Below are positions 8,582 to 16,500 of a stretch of 32,000 bases of DNA, one piece after another. The DNA comes from Methanobacteriota archaeon. GTDB lineage: Archaea > Thermoplasmatota > Poseidoniia > Poseidoniales > Poseidoniaceae. The DNA lies in contig PBGP02000019.1 of assembly GCA_002720095.2 (NCBI GenBank), forward strand, positions 90,177-122,176, written 5' to 3'. Positions within the stretch are counted from its first letter, which is position 1. Each line of letters starts with the position of its first letter. A model generated the notes under the pieces. It was not told the DNA's origin, made no database searches, and was given only the letters and a program-made list of their open reading frames with translations. Both the position numbers and the translations under genes were made by a program.

Positions 8582-9391
8582 GTGTCGACCTCTTCGCATT
8601 CGGATAAAAAGAATATAATTGTACGTCCACCACCTAAATCTTTTGCCAATGCACTAACAACTAGCCAATTTACAAATGGAGAAAAACCGAATTATGAGTT
8701 AGCAATAAAACAACATAAAGAATATGTTAAAACATTTGAAAAATTAGGATTAAATGTAATAATTCTCGAATCAGAAGAAGAATATCCTGATTGTTGTTTT
8801 GTTGAAGATCAAGCATTGATTGTGGACAATAACGTTTTTTTTCCAATTCCTGGGGCCCCTTCTAGAAGAGGTGAACAAAAATCAATAATCAAAGCAATTA
8901 CACCACATATGAGAAGTATTCATTGGTGTCAAGAGCCAGGAAAAATCGATGGAGGAGATGTAGTTAGGGTTGGAGATATATTCTATATCGGTAAAAGTAA
9001 AAGGTCTAATGATTCAGGGATATCACAATTCCAGGGCTTTTTAAGGAAACTAAATTTTGAATCATATGTAGTTAATGTCCCTGACTATTCTTTACACCTT
9101 ACTACTTTATGTTCTTCACCTAATTTTAATTTATTACTAATACCAGAATCTTGTCAAAATGACTTAGTGTTTACAAATCTTCCTAAATCAGTAGAAATAA
9201 TAACAATACCTGATGATGAGACATATGGTTGTAATACTATTGGAATTGAGGATAAAGTAATTATTTCTGAAGGATATAGTACAGTTAAAAAAGAATTAAT
9301 AGAAAGAGGACTTGAGATAATTGAATTACCTATGTCAGAATTTAGAGCTGTGGACGGCTCACTAACTTGTTTATCACTATTTTACAAATAA
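8582..9391 (+). CDS. Amidinotransferase-fold hydrolase (dimethylarginine dimethylaminohydrolase / arginine deiminase-like)
   Basis: GTG start. Length about 269 aa. Family-typical segments are CCFVEDQALIV, GGDVVRVGDIFYIGKSKRSN, HLTTLCS and the C-terminal catalytic-Cys motif AVDGSLTCLSLF. Confidence 0.72.
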   Translation: MSTSSHSDKKNIIVRPPPKSFANALTTSQFTNGEKPNYELAIKQHKEYVKTFEKLGLNVIILESEEEYPDCCFVEDQALIVDNNVFFPIPGAPSRRGEQKSIIKAITPHMRSIHWCQEPGKIDGGDVVRVGDIFYIGKSKRSNDSGISQFQGFLRKLNFESYVVNVPDYSLHLTTLCSSPNFNLLLIPESCQNDLVFTNLPKSVEIITIPDDETYGCNTIGIEDKVIISEGYSTVKKELIERGLEIIELPMSEFRAVDGSLTCLSLFYK

Positions 9392-9440
9392 CTATTAATT
9401 CATTGTCTAATATTTCCAATTAGACGAATAACATATGTTA

Positions 9441-9448
9441 TTTAAAAA
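9441..9448 (+). promoter_or_regulatory. Candidate archaeal TATA box for the tRNA-Leu gene
   Basis: TTTAAAAA is centred about 27-28 nt upstream of the first tRNA nucleotide (9472), the canonical archaeal spacing. An oligo-T run (ttttttt, about 9573-9579) follows the tRNA. Confidence 0.4.
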
Positions 9449-9471
9449 AATACAATCCCCACTCATATTAC

Positions 9472-9555
9472 GCAGTGATTGCTAAGCTTGGTCAACGGCG
9501 CTGGGATGAGGTCCCAGTCTCTAAGAGTTCGTAGGTTCAAATCCTACTCACTGCA
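9472..9555 (+). tRNA. tRNA-Leu(GAG): tRNA-Leu, anticodon GAG (class II, long variable arm), CCA not encoded
   Basis: Folded by hand. Acceptor GCAGTGA/TCACTGC (7 bp) with discriminator A. Anticodon stem CTGGG/CCCAG with loop A-T-GAG-G-T. 13-nt variable arm tCTCtaaGAGttc. T arm GTAGG-TTCAAAT-CCTAC. GG in the D loop. Confidence 0.93.
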
Positions 9556-9594
9556 TTCTTTCTATCTATGAAAATGTTTTTTTCACTACAACAA

Positions 9595-10164
9595 TTATTT
9601 GCGAAGTTTTTTATGTTTTGAATCCTTTTTGTGAGATTCACATTCTTCAATATTTTCAATACAATAATTTAATTTTTCTAAATTCATATTTATTCGTGAT
9701 TCTTTTTTGGTTAAAATATCACTGTTTATAGTACATTCATCAGAAGCCTGGCAGGCATCAATAATCATAAGTTTATCATTTAATTTCATGATTTTATTTG
9801 AAATATGTTCATCAAATGTCAAATCTTTAAATTCACCTTTATTCATTTTTTTGTGTTTTTGAAGATTGGGTTTTTCAGTTTCATCAGGATTTAAAATATA
9901 TGCATCTATTTGTTCCAATTTTTCTATTAAAACAATTCTTTTTTCATTTAACTGTAGTGAATCAACAGTGCATTCTTCAGAATCCAAACACGCATCAATC
10001 ATCATTAATTCATCTGTGATGTGTATGATGGCACGATCTAATTTTTCTTGTGGTACAAACCTTTCTTCGGTGAAAGCATCAAAACCTTCAATAGCTGCAA
10101 CACCAAATATACTGCTCACAACCATCATTAATGCAGTCATTAACCCAGAACCTATAGTACTCAT
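9595..10164 (-). CDS. Hypothetical N-terminally anchored protein with an internal duplication carrying IDAC-x3-(E/D)ECT motifs
   Basis: N-terminal TM helix (GLMTALMMVVSSIFGVAAI). Two homologous modules: DELMMIDACLDSEECTVDSLQLNEKRIVLIEKLEQID and DKLMIIDACQASDECTINSDILTKKESRINMNLEKLN. Basic C-terminal tail. I do not recognise a family. Confidence 0.55.
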   Translation of the reverse strand: MSTIGSGLMTALMMVVSSIFGVAAIEGFDAFTEERFVPQEKLDRAIIHITDELMMIDACLDSEECTVDSLQLNEKRIVLIEKLEQIDAYILNPDETEKPNLQKHKKMNKGEFKDLTFDEHISNKIMKLNDKLMIIDACQASDECTINSDILTKKESRINMNLEKLNYCIENIEECESHKKDSKHKKLRK

Positions 10165-10234
10165 GATACTATTGATAATAATTTACTATTTTAAACATTC
10201 TTATTTTTGATACCAAATAATATGATTAATTATT

Positions 10235-10780
10235 TTAAAAAAAATCACTATTTTGTTTGCATTTATTGTAGTGCGCCTCATCCCTTTTTGAAAATACAGT
10301 TGCTGGATGACCTCCTGCAATAGAAAGGGGAGGAATATCATTTACAACAACACTTCCCGCTTGAATAATTGAACCTTCTCCAATAGTTGTATTTCCCAGT
10401 ATTGTAACCCTACTACCAATCCAAACATTATCTTCAATTGTAATTTCAGTTAAAACATATTCATCATCATAAGGAATGGCTTTAGCATCTTTCCAGTTAT
10501 GATTTTGAGTAATTAATAGAATTTCTTTTCCAGAATGGAAATTATTCCCAATTATCACTTTCCCTTTACCTTGGACTTCCATTCCGTTAAGATTAACATT
10601 ATTTTTTACAGTAACGGACTTATTTAATCTACACATTTCATTTACTTTGAAACCTTTTCCAAACCCATTTATTTGTTTTTTCACAATTTTTGTAAAAAAT
10701 CTTTGTCTACGAGATTTATTTGAAAATGATTTCTCTACAAACAAAATTCTCCATTCTCCTAGTAATTTGATTAGTCCCAC
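10235..10780 (-). CDS. Left-handed beta-helix (hexapeptide-repeat) acetyltransferase, sugar O-acetyltransferase-like
   Basis: Hexapeptide run NVWIGSRVTILGNTTIGEGSIIQAGSVVVNDIPPLSIAGGHPATVFSKR. GTG start at 10780. Confidence 0.8.
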   Translation of the reverse strand: MGLIKLLGEWRILFVEKSFSNKSRRQRFFTKIVKKQINGFGKGFKVNEMCRLNKSVTVKNNVNLNGMEVQGKGKVIIGNNFHSGKEILLITQNHNWKDAKAIPYDDEYVLTEITIEDNVWIGSRVTILGNTTIGEGSIIQAGSVVVNDIPPLSIAGGHPATVFSKRDEAHYNKCKQNSDFF

Positions 10781-10909
10781 AGTACTTCGAAGAGACAGTC
10801 ACATATCAATATAGGGTCGAACAATCTAAATTTTTGATAACTAAAAATAATTACTAATCTTTCAGAACTTTCCGCCGAAATCATAAGTTATAACGAATTC
10901 ACATGTGCA

Positions 10910-12100
10910 ATGCAGACTAGGCTGTTAGTAGCAGTAAGAGACTTCGATTCTCTTGTAGGTGGTGCAGAGAAAAGCCTTACGACATTAATTTTAGGGATCG
11001 AATCATTAAATCCCGAATTAAAAATTAATATTTTCCAATCCAGTGATAGAATTCCAGATGAATCTCTTTTTCATAATTCCTCAATAGAATTCATAAAATT
11101 TAATTTAAATATTGAGGATTTATATTCTGGTTTATCTTGGAAATTCCGAAACAGAAAATCTGGTAGACCAATGAAATTTTTTAGACGTATTCACCTCAAA
11201 AAGAAGAATAGACTTTTTTCAGTCTGCCTAAATAAACATTTTTCAAAACTAATAAAAAAATCTAGACAAAATAATGAAAAATTACTCGGGGTTACTCAAT
11301 TAGATTGGTCTGCTGGAGCGTCTTCATCTTTTATCGAACATGGTATTCCTTATGTTGTTTTTGTAAGAGACGAGGTTTGTTTTCAATATCCAGAATTATT
11401 TAGAAGATGTTTAGAAAAAGCAGAATCCGTGTTAGTAGCAGGTACAGGTTTAGCGACTCAGATAAGGGAGAAATTCAACACTAAGTCAATTTCAATAGTC
11501 CATCTCCCAATTAACTTTGATGAAATATATCCTAAGAATCAAATTCAAGATAAATTAGATCAAGCAAACAAATACAGATTAGAAAATAAATTGACTAATC
11601 CAAGAATAGCAATTGTTGGAATGGTACCAGAAAAAGGATTTAAATTTTATAATAATGAATTAATTCCTAAAATGAATATAATTTGGCCAGAAGCTACTGT
11701 ACATATATACGGAGGCGGCCCTCTATCTCAAGAATTGTCTAAACATTCGAATACATTCGATGAAGGCTACCTTAGGCTAGAAGAGATATTCCCTTTTTGT
11801 GATATACATTTGTTCAGGTTAGAACTTGTAGGGACATGGGGTAGAGTAATTAATGAAGCAGGATATTTCTTCAAACCTACAATATCAAATGATATTGGCT
11901 CACAACCAGAAGCAGTGGGTGAGGGAGGCATAATAATGCCAATTTCTGCTTCAGCAGAAGAATGGATTGAAGCCATGAAAGAAATATATTCTAATTTGAA
12001 AAGTTATGGTAACAGTGCGCACCAAAATATTAGTATTGTAGATAAAAATAATAGTATTCAGGAATTTTTTACAGTTATTGATGGTGTTTTTAATGATTGA
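10910..12100 (+). CDS. GT-B fold glycosyltransferase (GT4/GT1-like), divergent
   Basis: The N-terminus VAVRDFDSLVGGAEKS resembles the GT4 N-terminal glycine motif. The C-terminal half has VHIYGGGP and the E-x7-E-like segment WGRVINEAGYFFKPTISNDIGSQPEAVGEGGIIMP. The assignment is motif-level only. Confidence 0.55.
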   Translation: MQTRLLVAVRDFDSLVGGAEKSLTTLILGIESLNPELKINIFQSSDRIPDESLFHNSSIEFIKFNLNIEDLYSGLSWKFRNRKSGRPMKFFRRIHLKKKNRLFSVCLNKHFSKLIKKSRQNNEKLLGVTQLDWSAGASSSFIEHGIPYVVFVRDEVCFQYPELFRRCLEKAESVLVAGTGLATQIREKFNTKSISIVHLPINFDEIYPKNQIQDKLDQANKYRLENKLTNPRIAIVGMVPEKGFKFYNNELIPKMNIIWPEATVHIYGGGPLSQELSKHSNTFDEGYLRLEEIFPFCDIHLFRLELVGTWGRVINEAGYFFKPTISNDIGSQPEAVGEGGIIMPISASAEEWIEAMKEIYSNLKSYGNSAHQNISIVDKNNSIQEFFTVIDGVFND

Positions 12101-13592
12101 AAAATATTTTAATTCTAAAAAAAAGGCCACTTTAGGACTGACTCTTGTAACATTAATTTGGGGTCTTACATTTATATGGATGGATTCAGCGGTAGAAGTA
12201 GCTATTAAACACAATCCTAATTTATCTAATCAATCACTTGCATCATCATTCGTATTTTTCCGTTTTTTTATCGCAGCAATTATCTTAATACCTTTTACAC
12301 CGAATGTCAAGGAAGCATTTACAAATATACAATCTATTAAGGGAGGTGTTTGGTTGGGAATAATAGTTTGGTTAGGCTTTCTTTTTCAGATGATTGGGAT
12401 AGTTTATCCAGATATAACTCCCGCTGTATCAGCATTTCTTACTAGTTTATACGTAGTTTTCACAGCTTTTATTGGTTTAATTATGGGTAGACAACATTTG
12501 AGTTTTTTTATGGTAATTGGAGTACTGCTAGCAACCTTCGGAGCTGGGTGGATTAGCGGCCCTCCACAATTGAATTTTAACTTACCAGAGTGGTTGACAG
12601 TTATTGGCGCATTTATGTTTGCAGCGCACATTATTGCGACTGATAGAGTGACACAAGATAGAAATACGACACATTTAACAGTAGTAATGATCTCCACAAT
12701 CGCACTAATTTCAATGATAATTTTACCATTATTTATCCTTAAAAATCAGGATTCTTTTACAGATATTATTCAATTATTATTAATACCAGGATATATTATT
12801 CCACTGCTATTCTGCGCTATTTTTGGTTCAATTATTGCACTATTATTATTGACAGTCTTACAAAAACAACTTTCTCCAGTTAGGGCAGCAATATTATATG
12901 CACTTGAACCAATTTGGGCTGTGATATTTTCTTTAATTTTAGGTATGGAGGGTGAGATTACATTTTGGTTATTCCTTGGAGGTGGTTGTTTAATAATTGG
13001 TAACCTGATTGTAGAAATAGCTAACTTAAATAAAAATAAGAAATTGCAATTTAAACCTGAAATTGAACGGAGATTCCTCTTAGAAAAATTACCCCCTGAA
13101 CTGGATAATAATTACTTAATCGAGCAAATATATCTGCCTAAGGATAGTATCAAAATAGATAGTAAAGGTATATCATTTGATAATTTTTCTCTGTCTAATC
13201 AATCAGACATATCCGAATTAGGATTAACATTAGAAAATATTGAAAATATTTCTTACAGGGTTAGAAAAACAACCCATATCAAAAAAACGCAATATATCTT
13301 TAGCATTAAAATAAGAGATGCCCCCGGAATTCGTAGAGAAATTGAGTTAAATTTGAATAAAGACGCTGAAAAATTCTTTTCTTTACAACTCCCAAAGATT
13401 ATCAAAAGAAGACATGAATACAAGGACGAAATTGGAACTTGGGAAATAGACGAATTCCTAGGGAAGAACCAAGGGTTAATTATCGCAGAAATTGAATTAA
13501 TCGGTATAGAGGAAAATATTACCTTGCCGAATTGGATTGGAAAAGAAATCACTGATGAAATTAAATATCTAAATTCAAACTTAGCCTCTTAA
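12081..13592 (+). CDS. Fusion protein: EamA/DMT-superfamily 10-TM transporter (N-terminal) + cytoplasmic CYTH (triphosphate tunnel metalloenzyme) domain (C-terminal)
   Basis: About 10 hydrophobic helices in two EamA-like halves (LTLVTLIWGLTFIWM...; ...ILYALEPIWAVIFSLILGME). From 13059 there is a CYTH signature: EIERRFLL (ExExK-type start), RVRKT, REIELNL, KIIKRRHEY, GTWEIDEFLGKNQGLIIAEIEL...LPNWIGKEITDEIKYLNSNLA. Possible starts are TTG 12078, ATG 12081 and ATG 12093. It overlaps the stop of the upstream glycosyltransferase (12098-12100). Confidence 0.8.
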   Translation: MVFLMIEKYFNSKKKATLGLTLVTLIWGLTFIWMDSAVEVAIKHNPNLSNQSLASSFVFFRFFIAAIILIPFTPNVKEAFTNIQSIKGGVWLGIIVWLGFLFQMIGIVYPDITPAVSAFLTSLYVVFTAFIGLIMGRQHLSFFMVIGVLLATFGAGWISGPPQLNFNLPEWLTVIGAFMFAAHIIATDRVTQDRNTTHLTVVMISTIALISMIILPLFILKNQDSFTDIIQLLLIPGYIIPLLFCAIFGSIIALLLLTVLQKQLSPVRAAILYALEPIWAVIFSLILGMEGEITFWLFLGGGCLIIGNLIVEIANLNKNKKLQFKPEIERRFLLEKLPPELDNNYLIEQIYLPKDSIKIDSKGISFDNFSLSNQSDISELGLTLENIENISYRVRKTTHIKKTQYIFSIKIRDAPGIRREIELNLNKDAEKFFSLQLPKIIKRRHEYKDEIGTWEIDEFLGKNQGLIIAEIELIGIEENITLPNWIGKEITDEIKYLNSNLAS

Positions 13593-13634
13593 ATAAGACA
13601 ATATATCATATATCTCTTTCTATTCGAACGAGAC

Positions 13635-15260
13635 ATGAGCCAAAGCGAGTCAGAAAATTCCAATGACATTTTATGGGATATTAGGGACTATCTCGATAAA
13701 AATAATAAAACATTAAAAGACGTCTTTAAAGATTTAGATGAGGACAATAGTGAAAAAATTTCAGTTGATGAATTCAGATCTGGATTGTTAAATTTAGATA
13801 TTGCTAATATGTCTGAATCTGCAGTAAATAATCTTGTTAAAGTTCTTGATGAAAACAATGATGGTGAAATAAGTTTAGATGAATTTAAAGCAGCATATAA
13901 CGACGATAATCTTCCAGCTAAGATTGTAAATCCTGAGGAGGTACCAAGAGTGAAATCTACAGACTTTATTTCAGTAATAACCTGTGACATGGAAGGTAGA
14001 ATAGAATCATTTAGTGATGGGGCATCTAACGTTTTTGGATATACCTCAGAAGAAGTAGTAGGGAAAATGAGAGTCTCACAATTTTCTCCAGGTAGAGTTG
14101 TTCTAGGCCATGTAGCTAATTGGCTCAATGTCGCCTCTACTACTGGAAAATATGAAGGTGAAACAACATTCGTTCACAAGGATGGCTCATTGATTCCCGC
14201 GAATATTGAAATTACTCCAGTGTTCAAGAAAGTGAATGATGTGCGAACTCAAGTTGGATATTGCGGCAAAACAAAGATTCTAGACAAAGACCCTATGGAT
14301 ACCATGCCAGATGAACCTTGGTGGGTTACTCCTTTAACTTGGGTGGCGATTACTAGATTACCATTTGTTGTTGCAACATGGATGCCCCTTCTTTTCGCTA
14401 TGGTGTGGGCATTTAATGGTGGAATTGATGATTTATCTTGGGAAACCGATTTTTCCTTCCCCTTGTTTATGTTAGTATTTTTAGGAGGTTCTGCTTTGCA
14501 TCTCTCGGCAAACGTTTTCAATGATTATTTCGATTGGCAATCAGGAACAGATCAAGCGAATAATGATTATTTTTTACAATATTCTGGCGGCTCCAGAGCA
14601 ATTGAATTGGGAATAATTACTGAAAAAGGTTTATTCCAATTGGGTTCAATTTTCATTGGTGTTGCAGCATTATGTGGATTAACCCTGATGATTGGCCCAT
14701 GGACAGCTGACTTTGGGTTACTCATTTACGCTGCCTTAGGAGCATTAGGTGGTTATTTCTACACAGCTCCCCCATTACGCCTCGTTGCTCGAAGTGGTTT
14801 GGGAGAATTATCTATTGGTCTCTTGTTTGGCCCTGTTTTAACTATGGGGACAGTATTTGCTTTTTCTGGGTGCCATTCTTTTGATGCATTCTTAATAGGT
14901 GTTCCACTCGGTCTTTTCACAACAGCAATATTATGGATCAATGAATTTCCTGACACTCCTTCAGATATTGAAACAGGAAAAATACATTTAGTAGCAAAAC
15001 TAGGTGTTGAAAACGCTAGATGGGGATATTTGGTGCTACTACTTCTTGCTTATCTTTCTTCAATCTTATTGGTGATGTGTGAAGTAATTGGTAGTGAAAC
15101 ATTAATCGTACTACTTACAGTTCCATGGGCTGGATGGTTAGTCTACAGATTATTCCAAGATTATCAGAGTAGGGATTTAGTTTCAGCAAACGTTCAAACT
15201 ATTGCACTTCAAGCAATCGCTGGTCTATTACTAATAATCGGAGCATGTGATATTTTTTAA
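13635..15260 (+). CDS. Fusion protein: EF-hand pair + PAS domain + MenA-like UbiA-superfamily polyprenyltransferase
   Basis: EF loops DEDNSEKISVDE and DENNDGEISLDE (canonical DxNxDGxIxxxE). PAS-like CDMEGRIESFSDGASNVFGYTSEEVVGKMRVSQF...GETTFVHKDGSLIPANIEITPV. Then about 8-9 TM helices with the MenA-type Asp-rich motif NVFNDYFDWQSGTD and YTAPPLRLVARSGLGELSIGLLFGPV. Confidence 0.8.
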   Translation: MSQSESENSNDILWDIRDYLDKNNKTLKDVFKDLDEDNSEKISVDEFRSGLLNLDIANMSESAVNNLVKVLDENNDGEISLDEFKAAYNDDNLPAKIVNPEEVPRVKSTDFISVITCDMEGRIESFSDGASNVFGYTSEEVVGKMRVSQFSPGRVVLGHVANWLNVASTTGKYEGETTFVHKDGSLIPANIEITPVFKKVNDVRTQVGYCGKTKILDKDPMDTMPDEPWWVTPLTWVAITRLPFVVATWMPLLFAMVWAFNGGIDDLSWETDFSFPLFMLVFLGGSALHLSANVFNDYFDWQSGTDQANNDYFLQYSGGSRAIELGIITEKGLFQLGSIFIGVAALCGLTLMIGPWTADFGLLIYAALGALGGYFYTAPPLRLVARSGLGELSIGLLFGPVLTMGTVFAFSGCHSFDAFLIGVPLGLFTTAILWINEFPDTPSDIETGKIHLVAKLGVENARWGYLVLLLLAYLSSILLVMCEVIGSETLIVLLTVPWAGWLVYRLFQDYQSRDLVSANVQTIALQAIAGLLLIIGACDIF

Positions 15261-15292
15261 TTAGGTAAACTTCAAAAACAAGACTAATGTAC

Positions 15293-15379
15293 GCTTCAAT
15301 GGGGAGCTTTTGCTGAGAGGTCGCCAATAGGTGACGACCCACAGACCTGATCTGGTTAATGCCAGCGGAGGGAAAAAAT
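15293..15379 (+). promoter_or_regulatory. TPP (THI-box) riboswitch controlling the downstream thiamine ABC importer
   Basis: The conserved core is read directly: GGGGAGC-ttttG-CUGAGA-...-GACCC-acag-ACCUGAUCUGGUUAAUGCCAGCGGAGGGAA (15301-15375). Compare the E. coli thiM aptamer GGGGUGC...CUGAGA...ACCC...ACCUGAUCUGGAUAAUGCCAGCGUAGGGAA. The 3' conserved GGAGGGA doubles as the Shine-Dalgarno for ATG 15380. A TATA-like tttttaatta lies at about 15253-15262. Confidence 0.88.
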
Positions 15380-16492
15380 ATGTACAAAGAGATAAAAAAA
15401 TCGGTAAAAAAAAGAATAAAAGAATCTATTGTAATAGGATTATTTCTGATGATGTCGCTATCTGGATGCATTTCAGAAGATGAATCGAAGGAATTAGTAA
15501 TTGCTACTTACGATATTTATGGTTTAAGCGAAGAAATGATTGAAGAGTTCGAAAATCAAACAGGTATCAGTGTTTCTATGATAAAGCTTGATGATGCAGG
15601 CTCTGTCTTAGATTATTTAATCAAAAATAAAGGAACTAATGATATTGATTTAGCAATCGGTCTTGACAATACATATCTATCAACAGCTATACAACAAGGT
15701 GTCTTAACCAACCACACTGCTAGTAATTTAGGGGAGATATCTCAAGTGGCTCTTGGCCCCTATAACGGGCAACTTGCAGTACCATTTGACATGGGGTATG
15801 TTTGTCTGAATTATGACAATAATTTAGTAGATGGGAAAAACATGTCTGTTCCTACGAGCCTATGGGATCTTACTGAAGAAGAATGGAGAGGAAAAGTTGT
15901 AATTCCATCACCCCAAACTAGTAGTCCTGGTAGAGCTTTCATGTTGGCGACTATGGATTATTTTACATCGGAAACAGATAGAAGCGACACATCCCAATTT
16001 GAATCATGGTGGTCTGCAATGAAAAATAATGATGTTATTATTACTTCTGGATGGACAGAAGCCTATGAAATGTATTATTCAGGTGGATATGGTGAGACAA
16101 CTGAAGGGTATATTGGAAGCGCACATATCACAGTATCATATTGTCATTCTCCAGGTGTAGAGGCTTGGTATAGCGGATCCAATATAACTAAATCATCGTC
16201 ATTGGATATTCCTATGGCGTCATTCTTTCAAGTAGAGTATATCTCCTCAGTTATGGGTGGAGATGTTGAATCATCAGCATTATTCATAGAATATCTTTTG
16301 AGTGAAGAAGTAAATAGTAAGATGCCCGAACAAAACCAAATGTATTCGGTTTTAGAAGGTAACGATTTACCAGAAACCAGTGGTTACTTGTTTCATTCAA
16401 TAATTCCTGAGCAACCCTCTAATCTTTCAATGAGCGAAATTGGTGATAATATAGAGTCCTGGCTTCAATTATGGAATTCAGCTATGATTTAG
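15380..16492 (+). CDS. thiB: Thiamine/TPP ABC transporter substrate-binding lipoprotein (TbpA/ThiB-like)
   Basis: Signal peptide with lipobox LSGC. PBP2 fold family shared by thiamine and Fe3+ binders (VPFDMGYVCLNYDNN, SPQTSSPGRAF, GWTEAYEMYYSGGYGE). Substrate is assigned from the TPP riboswitch directly upstream. The track start at 15359 lies inside the conserved riboswitch core (AAUGCCAGC), so I use the in-frame ATG at 15380. Confidence 0.75.
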   Translation: MYKEIKKSVKKRIKESIVIGLFLMMSLSGCISEDESKELVIATYDIYGLSEEMIEEFENQTGISVSMIKLDDAGSVLDYLIKNKGTNDIDLAIGLDNTYLSTAIQQGVLTNHTASNLGEISQVALGPYNGQLAVPFDMGYVCLNYDNNLVDGKNMSVPTSLWDLTEEEWRGKVVIPSPQTSSPGRAFMLATMDYFTSETDRSDTSQFESWWSAMKNNDVIITSGWTEAYEMYYSGGYGETTEGYIGSAHITVSYCHSPGVEAWYSGSNITKSSSLDIPMASFFQVEYISSVMGGDVESSALFIEYLLSEEVNSKMPEQNQMYSVLEGNDLPETSGYLFHSIIPEQPSNLSMSEIGDNIESWLQLWNSAMI

Positions 16493-16500
16493 GTGATTAA

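Noticed and set aside
9392-13592. Possible genomic island integrated at tRNA-Leu (accessory-looking glycosylation genes follow it)
   Set aside because: I found no integrase or recombinase, no direct repeat of the tRNA 3' end and no visible compositional break. Glycosyltransferase and acetyltransferase genes are ordinary archaeal envelope genes.
15359-15379. ATG at 15359 as the start of the thiamine-binding protein (longest-ORF call), and the antisense ORF 15199-15471
   Set aside because: The ATG is part of the invariant AAUGCCAGC of the TPP aptamer. The in-frame ATG at 15380 has the GGAGGGA SD at the correct spacing. The antisense ORF runs across the riboswitch and a gene end and has low-complexity content.
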